Below are positions 25,372 to 32,000 of a DNA stretch of 32,000 nt, in pieces (the first letter of the stretch is position 1; each line of letters begins with the position of its first letter). Below the pieces are notes generated by a model, which saw only the letters and a program-made list of their open reading frames with translations, had not been told where the DNA came from and made no database searches. Source of the stretch: Candidatus Saccharimonadota bacterium (lineage in GTDB: Bacteria > Patescibacteriota > Gracilibacteria > UBA1369 > 2-02-FULL-48-14); contig CP064962.1 of assembly GCA_016699145.1 (NCBI GenBank), positions 660,001-692,000 of the forward strand. The letters run 5' to 3'. Made by a program: the position numbers and the translations under genes.

Positions 25372-25867
25372 TCGTAACGCGTTTGCCAAATTTTTTTTCA
25401 ATCACGGCCATCGCGTCCACCGTACCCCGATCCTCCCCGACCACCATCACACTGAACAGGGCTCCTTTTTCCAGCTTTAAAATGCAGAAGTCACAAGCAG
25501 GATCTTTGTACGGCAACTTCAAAGAACCCGTGGCGTCTTGGGACAAAAAAGTCACGTAAAACCGTGTGGCGGGGGTCAGCAAAATGTCTTTAAAGACCTG
25601 CAAATTTTTGAGCGCGCGAAGCTCTTCCACAGTCCGCACAAGTACCGGAATTTTGAAGCCAAACTTCTTTTCAAGCGCCTCTTCCATCTCCATTTCCAGA
25701 GCGTGCGGTGAAGACAACGGCTCCTTCTCAAAAACCGCGTTCCCACTGGCCAAAAACGTATTCACGTTTTTGTAATCCAGCTTTTCTAAAACCGCCTTGA
25801 GTTCGGCCATTTTGACCGTGCGTCCCCCCAAGTTGATCCCCCGTAAAAAAGCGGCATATTGAGTCAT
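25313..25867 (-). CDS. DUF1697 domain protein
   Basis: MTQYAAFLRGINLGGRTVKMAELKAVLEKLDYKNVNTFLASGNAVFE is the typical DUF1697 N-terminus. Confidence 0.75.
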   Translation of the reverse strand: MTQYAAFLRGINLGGRTVKMAELKAVLEKLDYKNVNTFLASGNAVFEKEPLSSPHALEMEMEEALEKKFGFKIPVLVRTVEELRALKNLQVFKDILLTPATRFYVTFLSQDATGSLKLPYKDPACDFCILKLEKGALFSVMVVGEDRGTVDAMAVIEKKFGKRVTTRNWNTIERMLKCLPNYRR

Positions 25868-26025
25868 GGGTTTAGTTTAGCACGGAGACATCCTTTATTA
25901 GCCTCTAAAAAGGCACCAGCTAGCGCAAGTCAATCCCCACAACAAATCGAGGACATGTTGAGAGCAGTCTTGGGTGATCACTTCGACGATCCAGACTGGG
26001 ACTCATAAAAGAGCCCAGTCCCCTA

Positions 26026-26168
26026 CATTTACCATGAAATTGGTCTATTGAATGTACAACCTTTTTGGCTTGCTGTAGCCATTTGGTAGACTTGTAGATC
26101 CAATTTTCAAAGTACACTGGAGGAGTACATCCACGGCAAGGTTAGCATGCGTTCAGGTTGAAGTAAAA
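26026..26168 (+). repeat. 143-bp direct repeat, copy A, upstream of the second Fic gene
   Basis: Manual alignment with 27317-27459 at a constant offset of 1291 bp gives 8 mismatches in 143 positions and no indels. Confidence 0.9.
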
Positions 26169-26313
26169 TCCCGACGTCGCATCCTCGTTTTGAATAGACT
26201 CGTGGGCTACTAGCCATATCCAGATTATTGTCTTTATTTGGTTAATAAAAACCAGTATAATAAACCTGTAAGAAATGTTTAGTGTTACTTTTTAAGTTAA
26301 AATCTATAAGAAA

Positions 26314-27300
26314 ATGCTGACGTTTTCGGTTAAAAAAATCGGCGGGAAAGAATACCTTTATGCAAGGGAAAGTATCTATATTACGAAGGGGGTAACTCTT
26401 CCAAAGAATAAATCTTTGGGAAGAGTAGATTCCAGTACGGGTAAGTTCAAAAAAGAACTCGCTTTCAAGGAAGAGGTTAAACGAGAAGAAATATCAGCAC
26501 GCACAAAGTATTGGACGAATAGGGTAAAAACAAAAAAATCATTCACAAACAAAGTCATACAGAAAATAGAGGCTTTGAGAGGAAATCTTTACAGGCAAAA
26601 GCAAGAGTTGGGGTCATTAGGAAAACATGCCATGGAATCTGCTTTCGTGATCGACTTTATTTACAACTCGAATAAGATCGAAGGGAGTAAGGTCCCAAGA
26701 GAACAAATAGAGAAGATCGTGAATACAGCAACCACGAAGCGCAACGCGGAAGTAGAAAACAGCATAAAAGCACTAGAAGAGTCAAAAAACACAATTGAAA
26801 AAATCAATATCGGTAAACTCGTGAAACTCCATAAGATATTGCTGCAACACGAACCTGCTAAGCACAATTTGCGAGAAGAGCCCATTGTGGTTGGGAATGA
26901 AGAAACCGCGCCATTCGAAGAGATCGAAAATAGACTTGAAGAGCTTTTCGAATGGTATGCTAAAAACAAACATAAAATATATCCACCAGACCTAGCCTTT
27001 ACCTTTTACTACCGATTCGAGCGAATCCATCCTTTCATAGATGGTAATGGTAGAACAGGAAGATTGCTTATGAATGCAATCTTAAAAGAGCATAAATACC
27101 ATCCAATCATTCTTTGGAACAGCCAGTGGGAAGCACATAAAAATGCTTTCAAAAATGGAATGGAAGGACAAACTCACAAATACATGAATTTTATGATTGA
27201 ACAGTTCGAAAAAACATATAAAACATATCTGAAGAGACTCGACGAAGTGACCTCCATCGAAAAGCAACTATCCAATTTTCTAGCACCGAGCGACAACTAA
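26314..27300 (+). CDS. Fic family protein, class II-like with intramolecular inhibitory helix
   Basis: Fic motif HPFIDGNGRTGR at 27028-27063. The canonical inhibitory motif (S/T)xxxE(G/N) is present as SNKIEG at 26668-26685. Confidence 0.9.
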   Translation: MLTFSVKKIGGKEYLYARESIYITKGVTLPKNKSLGRVDSSTGKFKKELAFKEEVKREEISARTKYWTNRVKTKKSFTNKVIQKIEALRGNLYRQKQELGSLGKHAMESAFVIDFIYNSNKIEGSKVPREQIEKIVNTATTKRNAEVENSIKALEESKNTIEKINIGKLVKLHKILLQHEPAKHNLREEPIVVGNEETAPFEEIENRLEELFEWYAKNKHKIYPPDLAFTFYYRFERIHPFIDGNGRTGRLLMNAILKEHKYHPIILWNSQWEAHKNAFKNGMEGQTHKYMNFMIEQFEKTYKTYLKRLDEVTSIEKQLSNFLAPSDN

Positions 27301-27316
27301 AAAGCTCACAACTCTG

Positions 27317-27459
27317 CATTTACCATGAAATTGGTCTATAGGGTGTACCACCTTTTTGGCTTGCTGTAGCCATTTGGTAGACTTGTAGATCCAATTTTCA
27401 AAGTACGCTGGAGGAGTACATCCACGGCAAACTTAGCATGCGTTCAGCTTGAAGTAAAA
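27317..27459 (+). repeat. 143-bp direct repeat, copy B, starting 16 bp after the second Fic gene's stop
   Basis: See copy A. About 94 percent identity by manual alignment. Confidence 0.9.
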
Positions 27460-27786
27460 CCAAAAGTGGAAGCATTATTCGTATAGATCAAATAAAGGCT
27501 CAGCCTGAGCAATACGCCATCTACTTTCACTGCCAAACCAATCTTATTTCAACGTTCAGAGAAATATATCCCCGTGAATTCAAATACCAAGGCAATCGAG
27601 CTATTATTCTTAACGTAAATGAAGACGTTCCAGTAAAGCCCCTCAGGCATTGTATTCTACTTGCGTTGACATACTTTCTTCAGAAATAAGGACATCCGCT
27701 CTGCGATCTGATTGACCAACCCATGAAACACAGGTAAACTCAATAAGTCCCTAAGTTAACCATACTTAGGGGGTTATCAAACCATA

Positions 27787-27820
27787 GAAAATAGCCTCAC
27801 TTCGGTGGGGCTATTTTTTG
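27787..27820. terminator. Bidirectional intrinsic terminator overlapping the NYN gene stop codon
   Basis: Stem ATAGCCTCAC (27791-27800), loop TTCG, stem GTGGGGCTAT (27805-27814) with one mismatch. An A-run lies upstream and a T-run at 27815-27819 downstream. Confidence 0.7.
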
Positions 27821-28425
27821 TCTTTTCTGAAACCAAGAGGAGTACCGTGAATTTCTGGATAACTCGCCAAATCAAAATAGCCATCGCCTCCTGTTCGTAA
27901 CTCTTGCGAAATATTCCCTTCTGTAGAAAAAATATAAACCTGCTTGGGACGAATCAAGGTTCTCAAGTGAGTGATCAACGAGAGAAAGTCTGAGTCCCCT
28001 GTCATCAAAATGGCAATATCGTATTCATCAACATATTTCATCGCATCAATCGTCAGTTCCACATGGAAATTTCCCTTCTCCATGGACTGAGGTTTCCCCG
28101 TTCGTTGATCTACGATCAACTTTCCATCAGGATTTCTAAGATGAATTGTTTTCAGAGGTTTCTTCACAATCTCAAAGTTCAAGCCTTTCTTTAGGAAGGT
28201 CAAAAAACGGTGATGTCCATCAAGTTCAGCTTTTGGACGAGTTCCTTCAGCAGGGTACGCAACATAGTAGAAGACCCTGAAAATATCACCTGAAAACTGC
28301 TGAGCAAAGAAATCGGGCAATTTTTCAAGAGCAAGCGTTTTTCCGAGTTTCTTATAGGAACTCCACAGATTTCCTGCATCTACAAAAACAGCGATTCTAG
28401 ACTTATTTTCCATGATTTCGAGCAT
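27811..28425 (-). CDS. NYN-domain (LabA/DUF88-like) putative ribonuclease
   Basis: RIAVFVDAGNLW near the N-terminus and AILMTGDSDFLSLITHL further on match the acidic-residue pattern of the NYN/LabA PIN-like fold. Confidence 0.75.
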   Translation of the reverse strand: MLEIMENKSRIAVFVDAGNLWSSYKKLGKTLALEKLPDFFAQQFSGDIFRVFYYVAYPAEGTRPKAELDGHHRFLTFLKKGLNFEIVKKPLKTIHLRNPDGKLIVDQRTGKPQSMEKGNFHVELTIDAMKYVDEYDIAILMTGDSDFLSLITHLRTLIRPKQVYIFSTEGNISQELRTGGDGYFDLASYPEIHGTPLGFRKDKK

Positions 28426-28457
28426 AACAAAATGCTACAAAAAGTACATCCAAAAAC

Positions 28458-28533
28458 TGGAGCCACGATCGGGAATTGAACCCGAGACCTCGTCCTTACC
28501 ATGGACGCGCTCTACCGACTGAGCTATCGCGGC
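28458..28533 (-). tRNA. tRNA-Thr (anticodon GGU), 3' CCA encoded
   Basis: Manual cloverleaf. Acceptor GCCGCGA/TCGTGGC, D arm GCTC-AGTCGGTA-GAGC, anticodon stem CGTCC/GGACG with loop ATGGTAA, T arm TCGGG-TTCAATT-CCCGA, discriminator T followed by CCA. Confidence 0.9.
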
Positions 28534-28812
28534 ACTTAGAGGGATTTGCTGGCATAGTTAAGCAAAAATCCGCCGCCAAGGCTAGAGGAATTTTTGAGAG
28601 CGTGTGCACAAAGCCCAGGAGACACTCATGACAAGGGTATGCCTCTCCAGAATCCCGCCCAAACGAAAAGGACGACTTTGCCGTTTGCCCGGGCGAAATG
28701 GTTCTGAGGGACACTCAGTGAGCTCCCGAGGGAGCCCAAGTACCGCCGTGATGGGTCTTACGAACATTGTCGACCTTGTCGGCAGACATTCTAAAGATAA
28801 GGAGGAAAATAG

Positions 28813-29865
28813 TCAATGCTCTGTCCGGTTCCATAGTTTCAAGTACACCTCGGGGATGGGGCGAGGGGAGTAGAATAGATGAAAGTAGTGAGCAACTGGA
28901 GGTCTCATATTGAGAGATTCATGTGGACGAAGGCAATTATACTCCACGAGCCAATCCGCGAGCACCTCATTAATCTTGTAAATGGGACTGGTTAAGTCCA
29001 CTCTCCAGTAGAGGTGTTGTTGCAAAGTAAGGTTGAATCGCTCACAAATCGCATTATCTTTTGGTGTTCTGGGGCGAGTGAAGAAGTGCTCAATCCCTTG
29101 CTGCTGGCAGGCTTTATGGAAGTACGCCAGGAACTCACTGCCGTTGTCTGTTAAAACAGCTTTAATCTTGGTCTGGAGCACTTCTTCCATCTTTTCCAGC
29201 AAAGCTTTGGCCGCCTTGGAACTGTGGTGCTTGGTTACGAGTGCAAAACCTATCCTGGTGGCCACATCCACACAGGTAATGAAGTACAGTTTGTTGAAGG
29301 CGCTGTCCACAAACTCAACGATGGAATCTAGGACTACCAAGTCTCCAGGTTTTAAGATTTGGTAGTCCTTGGGGAGTTTCTTTCTTTGGACTTTCCAAGC
29401 AGACCTAGGTTTTGGTTTCTTGTGAAACCCGGGGCAGCGATTACGAACCAGTAATCCTTTTGCTGCCAAATAGCGGTACAAGGTGGAAATGCTGTGCTGG
29501 TGAAGAAACATGTGAAGCTTCTTGTGGCTCCAATCTGGAAACATCCTTGCATAGCGTTCAATCTCTTGTTTCTCTTCACTGGTGAGATTAAATCCACGTT
29601 TGTTATTGGGTCCTGTTATTTTCGGAATAAGACCACCCAGTCCTTCTTCCTTTCTGGCCTTCACCAGCTTTTGTACGTGGCTTCTAGAAGTTTCAAAAGC
29701 CCTGGCAGTCTTGGCTTTATTCTTTCCATTATGGTCGTACCAATCCAAAATAAGGATTCTTTCTCTAAGTACGTCTCTCTGCCAGGGCTTTAAAGTAGCT
29801 TCGTTAAACTGCCGAAGTAATCTTCTCAGTCCACGAATGCCTTTCGTCATGTTATATTGTTCCAT
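28813..29865 (-). CDS. IS481-family DDE transposase, copy 2
   Basis: Identical to copy 1 through ...KLWNRT. It then reads EH and stops in flanking DNA, whereas copy 1 reads APCIT before its stop. Confidence 0.9.
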   Translation of the reverse strand: MEQYNMTKGIRGLRRLLRQFNEATLKPWQRDVLRERILILDWYDHNGKNKAKTARAFETSRSHVQKLVKARKEEGLGGLIPKITGPNNKRGFNLTSEEKQEIERYARMFPDWSHKKLHMFLHQHSISTLYRYLAAKGLLVRNRCPGFHKKPKPRSAWKVQRKKLPKDYQILKPGDLVVLDSIVEFVDSAFNKLYFITCVDVATRIGFALVTKHHSSKAAKALLEKMEEVLQTKIKAVLTDNGSEFLAYFHKACQQQGIEHFFTRPRTPKDNAICERFNLTLQQHLYWRVDLTSPIYKINEVLADWLVEYNCLRPHESLNMRPPVAHYFHLFYSPRPIPEVYLKLWNRTEH

Positions 29866-29955
29866 GAGGGAGTTGGGGTGAAGAAGTAAAGTATCTCTAC
29901 TCTACTCCCTCTTCCTTTTCCCCTGAGCTGTACTTGAAATTCGTGAAACTACGTA
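28821..29955 (-). mobile_element. IS481-family-like insertion sequence, copy 2 (1135 bp, inverted relative to copy 1), flanked by a 4-bp direct repeat TGCT
   Basis: Same length and ends as copy 1. The transposase is identical except for its last few residues, which are read from flanking DNA, and all four antisense shadow ORFs translate identically. The flanks 28817-28820 and 29956-29959 are both TGCT. Confidence 0.9.
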
Positions 29956-29962
29956 TGCTCAC

Positions 29963-30577
29963 TCATACAATCACCAAAATGGCCGTCCTCAGCCAAAAAG
30001 TAGCCCAGGCCACCAAATCCGAGACCAATGACACTCCAAAAATCCGCTCCCCGAGGTAAAGATCAATCACCACTAGAGCGATAAAATAAGGTGTACTTTT
30101 ATCCAAAAAATCCAGATAAGTCGCCCGATAACGCACCGGAACAAACAGAGTCAAAAACTTAGATCCATCCAAGGGCGGAAAAGGCAGCATATTGAATAAA
30201 AAAAGCACAATGGAAAGTTGCAAGACCGCTCCAAAAAAAAACTGTAAAAAACTCACAGGCAAATAACTGTAAGGAATGGCTGCGGCAAATGCCAAAATCA
30301 AATTGGCCGCCGGACCAGCCAAAGCCGTGAACGCCTCATCTCGAAAGGGCTTTTCAAAGTTTCTGGGGTTCACAGGCACCGGCTTCCCCCATCCTATGCC
30401 CACAAAAAACAGCATCAGTGTGCCTAGCACATCCAAATGCCGCAAAGGATTCAAACTGATCCGCCCCGCCCGTTCCGCCGTGGGGTCCCCCAGACGCATG
30501 GCCACCCACGCATGACTGGCCTCATGAACCGTGAGGATTAAAACCAGCGCCAAAAGATAGTGAAGCGAAAGAAACAT
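29963..30577 (-). CDS. Site-2 protease (M50) family membrane metalloprotease, small type
   Basis: HEASHAWVAMRLGDPTAERAGRISLNPLRHLDVLGTLM...GWGKPVPVNPRNF...LAGPAANL carries the HExxH motif. I prefer the ATG at 30577 (MFLSLHY), which is preceded by AAGGAAGGGG. The tracked start at 30679 would overlap the divergent gene. Confidence 0.8.
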   Translation of the reverse strand: MFLSLHYLLALVLILTVHEASHAWVAMRLGDPTAERAGRISLNPLRHLDVLGTLMLFFVGIGWGKPVPVNPRNFEKPFRDEAFTALAGPAANLILAFAAAIPYSYLPVSFLQFFFGAVLQLSIVLFLFNMLPFPPLDGSKFLTLFVPVRYRATYLDFLDKSTPYFIALVVIDLYLGERIFGVSLVSDLVAWATFWLRTAILVIV

Positions 30578-30650
30578 ACCCCTTCCTTTTAACAAAAAAT
30601 TTGACAAACGACAAACATTCTTTAAGGTTTGATCCATATCATTTTCACCC

Positions 30651-31307
30651 ATGTACGGAATTCCTGTTAAAGAATACACCCCCGCTCAAAAATGGATCTT
30701 AGCCTCCACGGCCCATTTGGCCGAAGCCTGGGGAGACTCTTTCAATCATCTGGGGACTTATCAACCCACACCCGGGAACAAAGACATGACGCAAGGAATT
30801 TTGAATAACGCGTGGGAGGTGACTTCAAAAAACGACCTGCTCGGTGTGCTAAACTGGTTAGAGCACACAGGGGACCGCAGCGCTTGGGAAAGAGATGACA
30901 TGTTGGCATGGGATTTGGTGCGTTACATTTATCTTTGCGGCATGGGACATACAGCCGGATTTTTAAATGAAAAAGAAAGCTGGGAACTTTGCTTCCCCAT
31001 CGCTAGATTGCTCCAGAAAAAGTACAGCTCTTGGAGAAGTTTAGGAGCCAAATACATTGAAGGAAGAACCCTTTGGGGTGGCGATAAAAAAGACAATAAA
31101 ACTTTAGAAACTGCCTGCAAAACCCTATTCGACGACACCTCAAGCTTGTGGTACATGGACTGGCGCACCCCTCTGAATGAAGAAGAGTTGGTGCTCAAAG
31201 AAGTCCCCATCATTTCCAAAACCTACATGTTCTTTTTGTATGTATTTGTGATTATGTTCTCCATTGCTTTTGTCATCGGTTTATTCACCGTCTTGTCTAA
31301 ACTCTAA
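30651..31307 (+). CDS. DUF1266-like protein with a C-terminal transmembrane anchor
   Basis: The pattern W..DL.R...L...G...G.L.E.E.W (AWDLVRYIYLCGMGHTAGFLNEKESW) followed by SW resembles DUF1266. The C-terminus FFLYVFVIMFSIAFVIGLFTVL is hydrophobic. Confidence 0.55.
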   Translation: MYGIPVKEYTPAQKWILASTAHLAEAWGDSFNHLGTYQPTPGNKDMTQGILNNAWEVTSKNDLLGVLNWLEHTGDRSAWERDDMLAWDLVRYIYLCGMGHTAGFLNEKESWELCFPIARLLQKKYSSWRSLGAKYIEGRTLWGGDKKDNKTLETACKTLFDDTSSLWYMDWRTPLNEEELVLKEVPIISKTYMFFLYVFVIMFSIAFVIGLFTVLSKL

Positions 31308-31310
31308 GCA

Positions 31311-32000
31311 ATGAAACACGTCCTCCCCACCTATTCACTTTCTGGAAATACGGACCCAAACGGCGCTGTAGGCGCCTTGGCGGCAGGTTTGATCAGCTGT
31401 TTGTTATTGGGTCCACTCTACGCACTGCTCGTCTTTTATGTGCCCTTCATTTACATTCTTTTTGTCTTCACTCTTGCCTACGGAATTCTCGTTGGGAAAA
31501 GCGTGGGATGGGCCGCATTGAAAGGCAATCTGCAAAACCAAAAAATCGCCGTCCTCTTGGGCTTTGTAACAGGTTTATTTGCCGTCTACGTTCAATGGGT
31601 GATTTGGCTTTACCTTCAGGAAGGCGCTTGGTTTTTCAACCCAATGGAAGGAATGGGTGCCCTACAAAACCTGGCCCTTCAAGGCGTCTGGAGTCTAAAT
31701 AGCTGGACCCCAACCGGCAACTCTTTGTACGGCATCTGGGCCTTAGAAGCAGCCGTAATCGTCAGCCTCAGCAGTTTGATGAGCGTTTATTACCTCCGCG
31801 ACTCGATCTATTGCGAAGAGTGCAAACAATGGCTAGATGACCAAAAACAGGAGGAATCCATCGTGAGTTTGCCCAATGAAGAGCTGATGAACCGAATCTA
31901 TTCGGGCGATCTCGAGGCCTTTAAAAAACTCCGCACTTATAAAAACACCCAATCCGACTACGAAATCCCCGATCCTTACGCCCGTCTAACCCTCAATCAA
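31311..32000 (+). CDS. Hypothetical polytopic membrane protein, 5' part; it continues past the right window edge
   Basis: Not in the ORF track because it has no in-window stop. The ATG at 31311 lies 3 nt after the upstream stop. The manual translation MKHVLPTYSLSGNTDPNGAVGALAAGLISCLLLGPLYALLVFYVPFIYILFVFTLAYGILVG...CEECKQWLDD stays open for 230 codons to base 32000. Confidence 0.65.
   Translation, partial: MKHVLPTYSLSGNTDPNGAVGALAAGLISCLLLGPLYALLVFYVPFIYILFVFTLAYGILVGKSVGWAALKGNLQNQKIAVLLGFVTGLFAVYVQWVIWLYLQEGAWFFNPMEGMGALQNLALQGVWSLNSWTPTGNSLYGIWALEAAVIVSLSSLMSVYYLRDSIYCEECKQWLDDQKQEESIVSLPNEELMNRIYSGDLEAFKKLRTYKNTQSDYEIPDPYARLTLNQ

Noticed and set aside
25920-26117. 65-aa ORF (GTG start) overlapping repeat copy A on the minus strand, considered as a real gene
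   Set aside because: The start codon is not conserved in copy B (GTG becomes GCG). The portion outside the repeat differs completely between the copies, and there is no ribosome-binding site. It is kept only as a remark within the repeat finding.
28534-28820. Identification of the structured spacer as SRP RNA, RNase P RNA, tmRNA, a GEMM-I riboswitch or a hammerhead ribozyme
   Set aside because: I looked on both strands for the conserved cores: GGAA-capped helix 8 with AGCAGCC, GAGGAAAGUCC with ACAGAAxCCGGCUUA, a tRNA-like 3' end, split GGGCAAAC/CGCAAAGCC with an intervening hairpin, and CUGAnGA with GAAA. Only short chance-level fragments were present.
28496-28873. Three ORFs in the tRNA-Thr upstream spacer (28496-28714, 28582-28767, 28604-28873)
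   Set aside because: They overlap each other, the tRNA gene or the IS end. Their translations are rich in R, P, S and C and look like junk. The region is better described as structured non-coding DNA.
22802-29955. The IS pair plus its cargo as a single composite transposon that inserted as a unit
   Set aside because: Each IS copy has its own matching 4-bp flanks (CCCC/CCCC and TGCT/TGCT), and the outermost flanks do not match each other. The simplest reading is two independent insertions into pre-existing DNA.
1-32000. Alternative genetic code (UGA recoding, as in some uncultivated lineages)
   Set aside because: TGA terminates several well-delimited genes at positions consistent with family lengths and coupled starts, namely the RHH antitoxin ATGA, the DUF1624-pdxS ATGA, livH and the lipoprotein-GT2 junction. 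Family-typical proteins contain no in-frame TGA.
1-32000. CRISPR arrays, rRNA genes, prophage or integron structures
   Set aside because: No short regularly spaced repeats, no rRNA-like segments, and no phage structural genes or integrase genes were seen. The only repeats found are the IS pair, the 143-bp pair and short hairpins.

Overview
The window is bacterial chromosomal DNA read with the standard genetic code. TGA, TAA and TAG all close well-supported genes. Housekeeping operons alternate with AT-richer accessory islets. No rRNA genes or CRISPR arrays are present.

Housekeeping content:
- A partial M16 peptidase and a PBP2/FtsI-type transpeptidase that is split by a -1 frameshift.
- A translationally coupled lipoprotein-GT2-GT2 envelope operon.
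- A DUF1624-pdxS-pdxT operon.
- A Liv-type ABC importer with a binding protein, two permeases and only one ATPase.
- A TrmB-family regulator, a site-2 protease, and a DUF1266 protein followed by a membrane protein.

Accessory content:
- Islet 1 (about 4.7-9.5 kb) lies on the 3' side of tRNA-Trp. It holds an orphan DinJ antitoxin with a decayed YafQ/RelE toxin, an MSOX-like oxidase, a Fic protein and an intact RHH-RelE toxin-antitoxin pair.
- A region at 22.8-30.0 kb holds two identical 1135-bp IS481-like elements in inverted orientation. Each has its own 4-bp target duplication. Together they bracket padR-pspC, a DUF1697 gene, a second Fic gene, an NYN/LabA-like gene and tRNA-Thr.
- The second Fic gene is itself flanked by 143-bp imperfect direct repeats.

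The signals most worth follow-up are the repeat-bracketed Fic cassette, the IS-bracketed segment, and two -1 frameshifts at lysine-codon A-runs. The frameshifts interrupt the PBP and a large orphan protein, while much longer homopolymers elsewhere remain in frame. I cannot name a complete novel multi-gene system from sequence alone. All family calls rest on motif recognition by eye, not on database searches.
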